Of a DNA stretch of 64,000 bases, positions 47,815-56,344 are shown piece by piece (positions within the stretch are counted from its first letter, which is position 1; the number at the start of each line of letters is the position of its first letter). The stretch covers positions 62,001-126,000 of IMG/VR virus record IMGVR_UViG_3300030616_000016, one strand, 5' to 3'. Made by a program: the position numbers and the translations under genes. The notes beneath the pieces were generated by a model. It was not told the DNA's origin. It searched no databases and saw only the letters and a list, made by a program, of their open reading frames with translations.

Positions 47815-48297
47815 CTAAGTCCAACGAAATAATTTTGAATCTAGAAACAGATGCACTAACCATCCGATGGACATAGAGATACAAATTAAAAGAATATTTA
47901 CAAGTTCTTCGTCTGTATCTTTCCTTAAACAGTATACCATGACAAACGCTATTGTAGGGCAAAGTATAGCAAAGACTTGTGAATGCATGTATCCACGGTG
48001 TTTTGAAGTTTGTGGAAGCAGTGCACATATTGCTACTATATTGGCAATAGCATGTTGTTTAACAATGAACATGATTAGAAGCGCCAGACAAACAAAACGA
48101 TTGAACCATCTTTGTGGAATGGATCCAATGTCGAGGTCTGGGATTAGTGAACCACTGAATGTGAACAAGCCGCACGCTATTGCTATATCTGGTTTATGAC
48201 ATAAATAGTATGCGCCTGTAGATGTAGCAATGGAAGTTAGTACTCCCATACTACAATGTGCTTTGAAATTCATTGTCATTCTCCAATTAGAACACAT
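47815..48297 (-). CDS. Membrane-bound metal-dependent hydrolase (YdjM/DUF457-like)
   Basis: H near the N-terminus, GSLIPDLD, HRGYMHS, HLFLD. Confidence 0.8.
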   Translation of the reverse strand: MCSNWRMTMNFKAHCSMGVLTSIATSTGAYYLCHKPDIAIACGLFTFSGSLIPDLDIGSIPQRWFNRFVCLALLIMFIVKQHAIANIVAICALLPQTSKHRGYMHSQVFAILCPTIAFVMVYCLRKDTDEELVNILLICISMSIGWLVHLFLDSKLFRWT

Positions 48298-48643
48298 TGC
48301 CTTCCATATCGCTTGCCCATCGACTTACTATATCTTCTGATTCTTCAAGACTCATCTGAGTAATACGGGCAATTAGTATGACTGTAGCGTTAGATACTTC
48401 TTTGTCATTACTAACATTTTTGCCTATATTGTCCTTAAATGAATTTTCAATGAACTTAAGTGCCTGTTCTTTATCAGCTTCATAGGCGCTTTTTATTATC
48501 ATGAACGCCGCGTCTATGTTTCTCATCATAGCAAGAAGTATTTTCTGATTATCCAGGTTATAGATCATATCATAGCCGATGCTTCTTGCAATTTCTTCCA
48601 TAAGTTTATTTTTGCATTCTGACATTTTGCTACTCCTTCTCAT
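48287..48643 (-). CDS. Hypothetical protein
   Basis: ORF track. Confidence 0.55.
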   Translation of the reverse strand: MRRSSKMSECKNKLMEEIARSIGYDMIYNLDNQKILLAMMRNIDAAFMIIKSAYEADKEQALKFIENSFKDNIGKNVSNDKEVSNATVILIARITQMSLEESEDIVSRWASDMEGNVF

Positions 48644-48974
48644 CTTCGTTTACTAAGTGTGGGAATTTATTCACAATTATCTTGCATTGTAGTACTGACT
48701 CAAGTTTTCTGATTGTGTCCTTTGTTGTACATACTTCTAAACCGATTGATCTGTCGCCGCATAAGTAGAACTGATCGTTTGCTTTTAGTAAGGTACCAGC
48801 AGCAAATGCAACGCTCTTATCTTCTTTCTCATCAAGAAGCTCGTCGCTTCTGGTTAAGTGATTAAGATTATATTCAATGAATCGCATATCGCCACCTGTT
48901 GTTTCAAGAAACTTTATAACGATATTGTTCTTTCTATGAATATCTTCCACCGATAGTATCTTTTTATTGTGCAT
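48630..48974 (-). CDS. Hypothetical protein
   Basis: ORF track. Confidence 0.55.
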   Translation of the reverse strand: MHNKKILSVEDIHRKNNIVIKFLETTGGDMRFIEYNLNHLTRSDELLDEKEDKSVAFAAGTLLKANDQFYLCGDRSIGLEVCTTKDTIRKLESVLQCKIIVNKFPHLVNEDEKE

Positions 48975-49158
48975 TACCTTGCTCCTTGAAATCTTTATTG
49001 GTTATCATGTTACCATTTGCTCTATCTTTTGGAGGTACATAATTATGGTTTAGGGCCTCATTTTTTGTAATGCCATGCTCCAATTCTACTCTATTCCAAT
49101 CTATAAGATCTGATATGCTACTTAGAAAACGTACTGAATCATTTTTATCTTGCGACAT
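48964..49158 (-). CDS. Small hypothetical protein
   Basis: ORF track, GGAG RBS. Confidence 0.5.
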   Translation of the reverse strand: MSQDKNDSVRFLSSISDLIDWNRVELEHGITKNEALNHNYVPPKDRANGNMITNKDFKEQGNAQ

Positions 49159-49174
49159 CTTTATCTCCGATAAT

Positions 49175-49534
49175 AATTCATTCTATACATATGGTATATT
49201 TATTCTTCGTGATTCATTCGTTTGGCATGGTATTTCAATTTGCTTGATTCGCTAATGAGTAGTGGTGTTTCAATATTTTTGGCTCATTTTAATACTTTGT
49301 TCTATTCTTTCATATGATTCATTCCTTGGTCCTGGTATTTTAGGGCTGATGGCTCATTCAGTACAATTGGTATTTTCGTGTTCATAATTCATTCTTGTTG
49401 TTTGGTATTTCCACCAAGATGACTCATTCTAATAAAGTGGTTGTTCAAATAAAGTGATTCATTCTTCCACGTTGATGTATTCAATTGCATAGTTCATTCT
49501 TTTCTTGTGATATTTCGTGTAGATTGATTCATTC
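49175..49534 (-). repeat. TIGR-like dual-repeat array 1: 10 units, 35-nt period (one of 36 nt)
   Basis: Plus-strand motif GATTCATTC-like at 49175, 49211, 49246, 49281, 49316, 49351, 49386, 49421, 49456, 49491 and 49526, with a GGTATTTY-like motif 18 nt after each; the intervening segments (9 nt, one of 10) are all different. Confidence 0.92.
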
Positions 49535-50170
49535 ATGAAAACTATGATATTCACTCCAGAATAACTTTTCTCTGTAATCCTTACATGCTTTCATGTATTC
49601 TTCTAAAGTCTGTAGAAATGATTTCTGTTCTTTTCTATTGTATGTTATAGGCATAGGAGGAAATCTTTTTATATATTCCTCTTGCTTTTTCTTTTGTATC
49701 TTCTTACGCCTATTTTTTCTTGCAAGTTTTCTTCTTGCTTTCATGCGTTGTGTTTTATTAAGTTGTACAATTTCACTTGTAATTGTTCTTCTATGAATAA
49801 TCCACGATTTCCTAAGTTCTTGTTTAAATTCCTTAAAGAAATCCCATTCTTCTATAGCTCTGATTTTTCTTTTGAGACGCCTTCTTATTTTAATCCTTGA
49901 TTTTCTAATGTGATTAAGTGTGAATATTTTACTACTTATATCTTTGGGCTCATGTTTATCGAATCCTGGTATCCAGTTATATTCACACCATAGGGTAAGA
50001 TCTTTTGTAATTTGTTGAACATGCTCGTAATCTGGTTTTACATAATATGTTCTATATTCTGGAAGATAATGATTGTTTCTTTGTTCTTCAACGAGTTTGT
50101 TTGCTACAATAATTACGCAGCCTTTTAGTGATTTTATTAGATGTTCTCTAACAGATTTTGTTCGATTCAT
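49529..50170 (-). CDS. Highly basic hypothetical protein whose stop codon lies in the first repeat of array 1
   Basis: 213 aa, K/R-rich; TTT CAT GAA TGA overlaps GAATGAATC. Confidence 0.6.
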   Translation of the reverse strand: MNRTKSVREHLIKSLKGCVIIVANKLVEEQRNNHYLPEYRTYYVKPDYEHVQQITKDLTLWCEYNWIPGFDKHEPKDISSKIFTLNHIRKSRIKIRRRLKRKIRAIEEWDFFKEFKQELRKSWIIHRRTITSEIVQLNKTQRMKARRKLARKNRRKKIQKKKQEEYIKRFPPMPITYNRKEQKSFLQTLEEYMKACKDYREKLFWSEYHSFHE

Positions 50171-50197
50171 TTAGTTTATCCTTATATACAATATGCT

Positions 50198-50590
50198 TTA
50201 GAACAAAAACCTTACGTTTGGATACTCCTTGAGACATTCAAGACCGGGTTTGATTACTTCCTGGAAGATATTATATCTGTTAGCTAGCCCGCCACCTAAT
50301 CTGCTAATTAAGAAGATATAATCATCATATTCTTCTATTCTTCTCTCTAGCTTGGCTAGTTCTGTTTGGAATTTAGGCTTATATTCTTCTGGCTTATAAA
50401 AGCTACCGTCATTGTTATTAGGCGCCTTCTTTGTTACGAATCCATATGTATTTGGCATATCACGCAGCTTAGCAGCTCCGCCATATCCCTTATGTAATAG
50501 ATTGTCGCCAAATACAAATATTTCATATCTATGTCTCTTTAAATAGGCCCTTGTTATTTTTGTCTCACCGCCGCTTCTATTAGATTCCAT
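50198..50590 (-). CDS. Phage protein with FVFGDN...GGAA motif (A1S_2505-like, possible macrodomain-related fold)
   Basis: IFVFGDNLLHKGYGGAAKLR...YGFVTK. Confidence 0.5.
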   Translation of the reverse strand: MESNRSGGETKITRAYLKRHRYEIFVFGDNLLHKGYGGAAKLRDMPNTYGFVTKKAPNNNDGSFYKPEEYKPKFQTELAKLERRIEEYDDYIFLISRLGGGLANRYNIFQEVIKPGLECLKEYPNVRFLF

Positions 50591-50609
50591 TTATATCTCC
50601 CTTAATAAA

Positions 50610-50858
50610 TTTGAGCCGCAATTATTACGCAGGATTCAATTGAGAGCAGAGGTAGTTGGTGTCCAATGTCTGTTGGTCAATCCTGCTTACACATCCCAGA
50701 CTTGTTCAAAGTGTGGTTATGTCCACAAGCTCAATCGGAATGGTGAGATATTTAATTGCAGGAATTGTGGCTGCAAAGGGGATGCTGATTTAAATGCATC
50801 TCGAAATATCTTGAATCTTGGATTGGCTCAGGAGTCTATAGTCCCTGAAAAAACATAA
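50610..50858 (+). pseudogene. C-terminal remnant of a TnpB gene
   Basis: VNPAYTSQTCSKCG...FNCRNCG...DADLNASRNIL; no N-terminal part. Confidence 0.85.
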
Positions 50859-50890
50859 AAGAATATTCCTCTATAAATATTCTAACTATT

Positions 50891-51476
50891 GGTGTTTTCC
50901 TTTTTGTGATTCATTCATTATAACTGATGTTTCTATAAGTGTGATTCATTCTTTAATAATGGTAATTTAATGGCTTTGATTCATTTTTCCCCAATGGTAT
51001 TTCTTATGTAATTATTCATTCTTTATACTTGATATTGTGACTACATTGATTCATTTGTATGGACTGGTATTTCATATTTAGTGATTCACTCACTTATTTT
51101 GGTATTTCCATGGGTGTGGTTCATTCCGGCATGATGGTACTTCTAGGCAATTAATTCATTCTTATAGTCTGGTACATTGTCCTATCTGATTCATTCCTTC
51201 TTTATGGTATTTCGTGACTGATAATTCATTCTGTTCAGCTGGTATTTTGGAGCTTATGATTCGTTCGCAATTAATGGTACTTTCTGATTTATAACTCATT
51301 TTCTCCGAATGGTATTTCAGATTGAGTGATTCATTTGTTCATGTTGAATTATTGTGCAAAGTGATTCATTCTCGCGACATGGTATTTTGGGGCTAATGAT
51401 TCATTCATAATATATGATATTTTTTGGATAATGATTCGTTCATGTTGCATGGTAATTCTAGGACGCTGACTCGCTC
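50891..51476 (-). repeat. TIGR-like dual-repeat array 2: about 17 units with an exact 35-nt period
   Basis: GATTCATTC-like motif at 50908 and every 35 nt up to 51468 (17 copies); GGTATTTY-like motif at 50891 and every 35 nt up to 51451; unique 9-nt segments between. Confidence 0.95.
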
Positions 51477-51525
51477 CAAGGGCTTGTAATCTTAACGGAT
51501 TTGGCTTATGCTATTTATTAGTAAA

Positions 51526-51554
51526 ACAGGGCAAGCCATTGTAGCTTGCCCTGT
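51526..51554 (-). terminator. 11-bp perfect hairpin between the Nop-domain gene and array 2
   Basis: Minus strand ACAGGGCAAGC-TACAATG-GCTTGCCCTGT followed by TTT. Confidence 0.7.
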
Positions 51555-51569
51555 AATATATTCTTCATA

Positions 51570-52580
51570 TTACCAAGGCCAGTTAGGGACCTCGATCTTA
51601 TGAACATGTTTCAAGTGATCGAATGCATAAGGCTGGAAAGGCGCTTCGACGCCATAATGAGCACGATAAGCAACTTCCCACCAGTGAGACAGGAATATCT
51701 TAGTAGCCCATCTCTTACTTCTCATATGAATCTGACTATTGGGGAGCTTGCCTTCGCGATATATTGCCCTCTGTTTATGACCAGGCACTCTTCGAAGAAC
51801 TTCTCGTGCAATATGCGCATATTCCTTGGCTTCATTCTTACGCGACTCGATAATCTTCCTTTCAACAACAAGATGTCCATAGAGATCTTTTGGATTGTTG
51901 CATGTCATATTGAAAGACTCACCGATTTTCCAGCAGAGTGTTTTCAGTTCTGAATTCCAGGGACGCATTGACAGACCTCTGTAAAGCGTCTTGCCTGTAT
52001 GAACTCCGCCTCCTTTCTGTAATGAGAGACGAAGTGCGGTAGCTGCTTTGATTCCTCCGGCTTCTTGTATCGCATTTGCTACCTTAATAGCATCTTCTTC
52101 AGATACTCTTCTTGTACTATCAGGATTAATACCGGCTTCGTCAACCATGATTTCTCTTGTAACTTTCTTGCCAAGCCAGCGCTTTCCGTCTACAAGACCA
52201 GCATAGCTATAGATATGTCCTGGAGTCTTAGCTTTGTCCATATCTATATGGGCAATAAGACCGGCGCTGATAACAGGGCCAATACCTACAACTGATTGAG
52301 CCCATGTACCAATTTTTGTTGATAATGAGAAATGATTGAGCGCGAGCTTCACCTGATTCTCAAGACGCTCCGCATTCTTAAGAAACCAATCAAGCACTTC
52401 CATTGGAGGGTCGTCTACGCCCTGCTCTGCTGCTCTAAGCTGACCAGCAAGCCTGATTCTCTGGTTCTGCATGGTATAATAACTATCTACCAGATAGCGG
52501 GCTTCCTGACGCGTAATCTTTCTTGACGCGTTTCTTATGTCTTTACCTACTCTTTCAATAATTTCTTCAATAGCCATCAC
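51570..52580 (-). CDS. IS110/Nop-domain protein lacking a RuvC domain (TasA-like RNA-guided DNA binder)
   Basis: Coiled coil YYTMQNQRIRLAGQLR; HhH-like SVVGIGPVISAGLIAHI; IYSYAGL; RPWNSELKTLCWKIGESF; QIHMRSKRWATKIFL; no DEDD N-terminus and no SG serine after YAGL. Confidence 0.8.
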   Translation of the reverse strand: MMAIEEIIERVGKDIRNASRKITRQEARYLVDSYYTMQNQRIRLAGQLRAAEQGVDDPPMEVLDWFLKNAERLENQVKLALNHFSLSTKIGTWAQSVVGIGPVISAGLIAHIDMDKAKTPGHIYSYAGLVDGKRWLGKKVTREIMVDEAGINPDSTRRVSEEDAIKVANAIQEAGGIKAATALRLSLQKGGGVHTGKTLYRGLSMRPWNSELKTLCWKIGESFNMTCNNPKDLYGHLVVERKIIESRKNEAKEYAHIAREVLRRVPGHKQRAIYREGKLPNSQIHMRSKRWATKIFLSHWWEVAYRAHYGVEAPFQPYAFDHLKHVHKIEVPNWPW

Positions 52581-52598
52581 AATGTCTCCAAAAATTAA

Positions 52599-53756
52599 TT
52601 AAAGCATGTTTACCATGCTATTATATAGACCCGCATACTCTTGCGGGCCTGAACGTTTGCCTGGGTTATCGGACAATTTAACAGTAGGAACAAAGCCCTC
52701 TCTATTATATGAACAGGCAGTCATTTTAATAACGATATTAAGAGGATCTACTCCAACATCATTAGTGAAATTAGTGCCTATACCATATACTGTTTTGATT
52801 CTTTTGTTTACATATTCTTCTATCTCAAGAACCTTGTCAACATCAAGAGAGTCTGAGAATACAATGGTTTTTGTACTTGGATCTATACCAAGGCTCTCAT
52901 AGTGTTTTATTATTTTGTCAGCAAATTCCATAGGATCGCCTGAATCTTGCCTTACACCATCCCAAAGACTCGCTCTGACATAATCAAATGATCTTAGAAA
53001 CCAATCAGTTGTATAAGTATCAGTAAGCGCTATGCCTAGTTTGCCCTTATATGTCTCTGCCCATTTATCAAGGGCAATAGAAGTAGCCATTTGAGGACCA
53101 AATATGGCGCCGTGGAACATAAACCACTCATGAGCTTGTGTGCCAATTGGTCGCATGTTATGAGTGGTTGCTAATAATACATTACTTGTACCAAGACAGT
53201 ATTGTGAAATTTGTTTTCTTGTAGACATGTCATCCAGAAGTTCATTCTGTACACCAAATGAAAATCTGCGTCTGGTTCCGAATTCTATGAAGTTGACTTT
53301 GTGCTTGATGAGTTTGTCAACCTTGTCTACATTTGTTTTATATCTTTCTTTCCTGAACTTAGGCGCTATACCAAGCTTAAGATAGTATAGCTCGCTAATA
53401 GCCGCTAATAGCGGTACTTCCCATAGTATAGCAGAATACCATGGCCCGCATATTTCTACTTTGAGATCTTCGTCTGTTTGTGTAACACATACTTCATTAG
53501 GATTGAATCGATGATGTCGTAGGTATTCTAGATATGTTGAATCAAAGACTCCAATCTTTCGCATAGCTGTAATACTATCGTCTATAAAGTATGTATGTTG
53601 CATATGATCAATAAACTCATTTAATTCCTTTTGCATACTTTCAGGGAACTCAGTCTTTGTTCTTGACTTGAATTCATATTTTACTAATGCAGATGGATAG
53701 TGTTTAAGTACTGCATTTTGCATGGCGAACTTATAGAAATCATTGTCTGCTGCCAT
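52599..53756 (-). CDS. pncB: Nicotinate phosphoribosyltransferase
   Basis: D.YKFAM, LWEVPLLA, EFGTRRRFS, GTSNV, GTQAHEW, LTDTY, GVRQDSGDP, VFSDSL, GIGT, VKLSDNPGK. Confidence 0.93.
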   Translation of the reverse strand: MAADNDFYKFAMQNAVLKHYPSALVKYEFKSRTKTEFPESMQKELNEFIDHMQHTYFIDDSITAMRKIGVFDSTYLEYLRHHRFNPNEVCVTQTDEDLKVEICGPWYSAILWEVPLLAAISELYYLKLGIAPKFRKERYKTNVDKVDKLIKHKVNFIEFGTRRRFSFGVQNELLDDMSTRKQISQYCLGTSNVLLATTHNMRPIGTQAHEWFMFHGAIFGPQMATSIALDKWAETYKGKLGIALTDTYTTDWFLRSFDYVRASLWDGVRQDSGDPMEFADKIIKHYESLGIDPSTKTIVFSDSLDVDKVLEIEEYVNKRIKTVYGIGTNFTNDVGVDPLNIVIKMTACSYNREGFVPTVKLSDNPGKRSGPQEYAGLYNSMVNML

Positions 53757-53779
53757 TGTTATCTCCGATAATGAATATG

Positions 53780-54262
53780 TTAATATATAGCATCTAATCC
53801 TTCACCTGCACGAAATATTTCTGCCTTTTCTATGGCTTCTAATAAACCCTTACATTCACAACCGCAATGTATACATATTGCTAATTCTTTTGGATCTACT
53901 CGATCTTTCTTATTCAAAAGCTCATTGTTAAATTCTCTGGATCCACAGTAATTACATTGTGCTCTAAATACTTCTTCAAGTAACCAAGTAGAAATACCCT
54001 CTTTCCCTGTTGTGCATGTATGTTCTGGCTCCATACTTGTCAGATGGATATAATCATTTGGATAAGTTATAGTTTCTGTTCTTATAACTCTATGAAAATA
54101 TCCAATACATTTCCTTAGTTGTTCTCGATAATCGCTATCTGGGCCAAGATCATCTGCTATTTCATATGGTAATAGAATTTCTCCAACATTATATGTTTCC
54201 ATGACTACTCCATCCCGATGGTATCTATGAAGTATTGTCCATCTCTTAATAATGTCACACAA
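53780..54262 (-). CDS. Hypothetical protein with C-terminal double zinc ribbon
   Basis: CNYCGS...CIHCGC. Confidence 0.6.
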   Translation of the reverse strand: MCDIIKRWTILHRYHRDGVVMETYNVGEILLPYEIADDLGPDSDYREQLRKCIGYFHRVIRTETITYPNDYIHLTSMEPEHTCTTGKEGISTWLLEEVFRAQCNYCGSREFNNELLNKKDRVDPKELAICIHCGCECKGLLEAIEKAEIFRAGEGLDAIY

Positions 54263-54765
54263 GAATGTTTGGATAATAGTTCGCGTGTATCAAATGGCTC
54301 TGTAATTATATGACAGCCATTTAAGGTATCAATTTTGGCTACTTGATTATCAGAAGGAAGTAGATTCATGATATCGATTATTGTATCTTGATCTGTAGTA
54401 TCTACATCAAGCATAAACATCTTATCACTATGTGCATGCTCTTTTTGCATTAGAGCAGTGCGCCACCATGAATCAATAGAAGCTGATATTTCTGGATGGT
54501 CAATCATCTTCTTCATAAGCCATTTCATTGCTGCTTCACAATTACGGCTATTGACAGTCTTGTAAATACGCCACATTCCTCCCCTAATAGTGAGTTCTTC
54601 TTTAAGAATTTCTAGATCTATATCATGATCTTTAATAACGCGACGAATACATTTAGGCTTATTATCGTTTATCTCCTGGTCTTTATTTCTTCGAACTGCA
54701 ATGAACAAATCCACAAACTTTGAATAAAATGTTGGCTCTTTGTTTGACATTTCTATTCCTTTCAC
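54205..54765 (-). CDS. Hypothetical protein with AEP-like motifs
   Basis: MLDVD and TLNGCH resemble archaeo-eukaryotic primase motifs I and II. Confidence 0.35.
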   Translation of the reverse strand: MKGIEMSNKEPTFYSKFVDLFIAVRRNKDQEINDNKPKCIRRVIKDHDIDLEILKEELTIRGGMWRIYKTVNSRNCEAAMKWLMKKMIDHPEISASIDSWWRTALMQKEHAHSDKMFMLDVDTTDQDTIIDIMNLLPSDNQVAKIDTLNGCHIITEPFDTRELLSKHSCVTLLRDGQYFIDTIGME

Positions 54766-54887
54766 AATAAATTGCCACAGAAGCTACCTAGCAATACAGA
54801 AATTGTGCCAAGAAGTAATCCTATGAGCAGTGGCCATACTGCTTCAAGCATCTTTTTAAAATCTTCCATAATAATAACTCCTTGCAT

Positions 54888-55229
54888 TCAATTGACTGAT
54901 TTGGATCCACAGTTTGGACATTCAAATAAGAGTTTAATATCATAGCCACAATAAAAGCATTGATTATACGGCTCAAGATATTTTATAGTATTGACTGTAT
55001 TAATAGTTGTGCCAAGTGCGACATTGCTATTAGGGTTTAGAGTGGCATTAGAAAGCTGAAACATATTCCATTTTAATCTTTTAGTTATATATACATTGTG
55101 CTTATGAGTCCAATTGTATATATAATTCCTATGTACATCGGAAATATCTTCGTTACAAGTAAGTATGTTCTTGTGATATCTGACGCGTATGTGTCGCTTC
55201 ATTACTTTTGCGGCTTCTCTATATTTCAT
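54888..55229 (-). CDS. Hypothetical protein with C-terminal double zinc ribbon
   Basis: CFYCG...CPNCGS. Confidence 0.6.
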   Translation of the reverse strand: MKYREAAKVMKRHIRVRYHKNILTCNEDISDVHRNYIYNWTHKHNVYITKRLKWNMFQLSNATLNPNSNVALGTTINTVNTIKYLEPYNQCFYCGYDIKLLFECPNCGSKSVN

Positions 55230-55414
55230 TGTGATGGTCCATTTCCGAATACGACTCCGTCTCTGTACCCTTCTGTATGTCCAGCATTATATCCTGCCGC
55301 ATAGGCTTTCTTTGCTAGTTCTTTTTGCTTTTTATCTTTTATACTAGCAGCTCTACACCATTTCTTGAATTCCTTCTCACTGTATTCCATCATCCTCCTC
55401 CTCATAGCGGTCAT
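55226..55414 (-). CDS. Small hypothetical protein
   Basis: AYAAGYNAGHTEGYRDG low-complexity motif; GGAGG RBS. Confidence 0.55.
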   Translation of the reverse strand: MTAMRRRMMEYSEKEFKKWCRAASIKDKKQKELAKKAYAAGYNAGHTEGYRDGVVFGNGPSQ

Positions 55415-55470
55415 CTTCAGTCATCTTATGGCGACTTAAGAATGCCCATATTATTATGATTATCAATAAT

Positions 55471-55713
55471 TCAACCCCCATTGTTGTCTCCATCTACATG
55501 ATGATTTTTGCAAATTCTTACCTTGTGTCCTTGATAGTCAATTTCTTTTGTATCCGCCATGGCATTCAATCTGCCACAAATAATACATCTTCCAACTGAC
55601 TTTCTCTTTTCAGCTATTTTATTGCCCAGCAATGCTTTACTATCATTATTTTTGCTCATAAAAATTCTCCTATTGGTTATGTTGTTGTCTGATAACATTA
55701 AGGAATGCATCAA
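55471..55713 (-). CDS. Small zinc-binding protein (likely start MSKNN)
   Basis: CIICG...CKNHH. Confidence 0.55.
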   Translation of the reverse strand: MMHSLMLSDNNITNRRIFMSKNNDSKALLGNKIAEKRKSVGRCIICGRLNAMADTKEIDYQGHKVRICKNHHVDGDNNGG

Positions 55714-55999
55714 TTCTATCAGAAGGTCTTTTGCGCAATTCTTGAATATAAATCGCGCGTCTTTTGGTAAGATTATCTATCCTCTCTTTTAGTTTCACTT
55801 CTTTCCTTGAAATATAAAACTTTCTTACTATTGGTGATAGAACAAACCATCTACTCTTTAGTTTTTCGTACTTTACTTTCAATAGCCATATTTCATCATT
55901 TAAATTGTTTATGGCAATAGATAAATCAGCACCTGACATTTTTGGAATAAGGTTAGTTTTCATGCTCTCTCCATATTTCATAATAATGTAGAGCCGCAT
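55670..55999 (-). CDS. Hypothetical coiled-coil protein
   Basis: ORF track. Confidence 0.5.
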   Translation of the reverse strand: MRLYIIMKYGESMKTNLIPKMSGADLSIAINNLNDEIWLLKVKYEKLKSRWFVLSPIVRKFYISRKEVKLKERIDNLTKRRAIYIQELRKRPSDRIDAFLNVIRQQHNQ

Positions 56000-56337
56000 A
56001 AATCACAAATCTTCTGCTCTATATTAATATCTTTATTCCCACAAAATGGACATAATGCTAAATGAATGTTCTGAATGTCTGTTGATGTTAATGCTGCTGT
56101 ATGCCAATAAGAGTCTATGACTATTGATTTATACTCCATGTGTATTCTAGATATTTTGATACTCTTGTTTGCTATAGTATTTGGAAGCCTGCATTGATAC
56201 ATTGTTGTACCATCTCCTTTATCATATATAGCACCATTAATAAGAGGAGAGTTTTCATCTTGTACATAAATTACAGACCATTGGTTTTCGTATGCAATAA
56301 CACATTCTTCATAGGTCATTATGATACTCTCCTTCAA
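55978..56337 (-). CDS. Hypothetical protein with C-terminal double zinc ribbon
   Basis: CPFCGNKDINIEQKICDLCGS. Confidence 0.6.
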   Translation of the reverse strand: MKESIIMTYEECVIAYENQWSVIYVQDENSPLINGAIYDKGDGTTMYQCRLPNTIANKSIKISRIHMEYKSIVIDSYWHTAALTSTDIQNIHLALCPFCGNKDINIEQKICDLCGSTLL

Positions 56338-56344
56338 TAATCAA

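Noticed and set aside
49175-51476. Arrays read as CRISPR or as a coding tandem repeat
   Set aside because: The conserved blocks are only 8-9 nt and alternate between two motifs, the variable parts are 9 nt, no cas genes are present, and a period of 35 cannot maintain a reading frame
49175-51476. Self-targeting of array spacers within this window
   Set aside because: Not established either way; 9+9-nt split matches cannot be searched reliably by eye and need a computed search
51570-52580. Call as an ordinary IS110 transposase
   Set aside because: It has no N-terminal DEDD RuvC domain and no catalytic SG serine, and the adjacent non-coding region is a periodic array rather than a single bridge RNA
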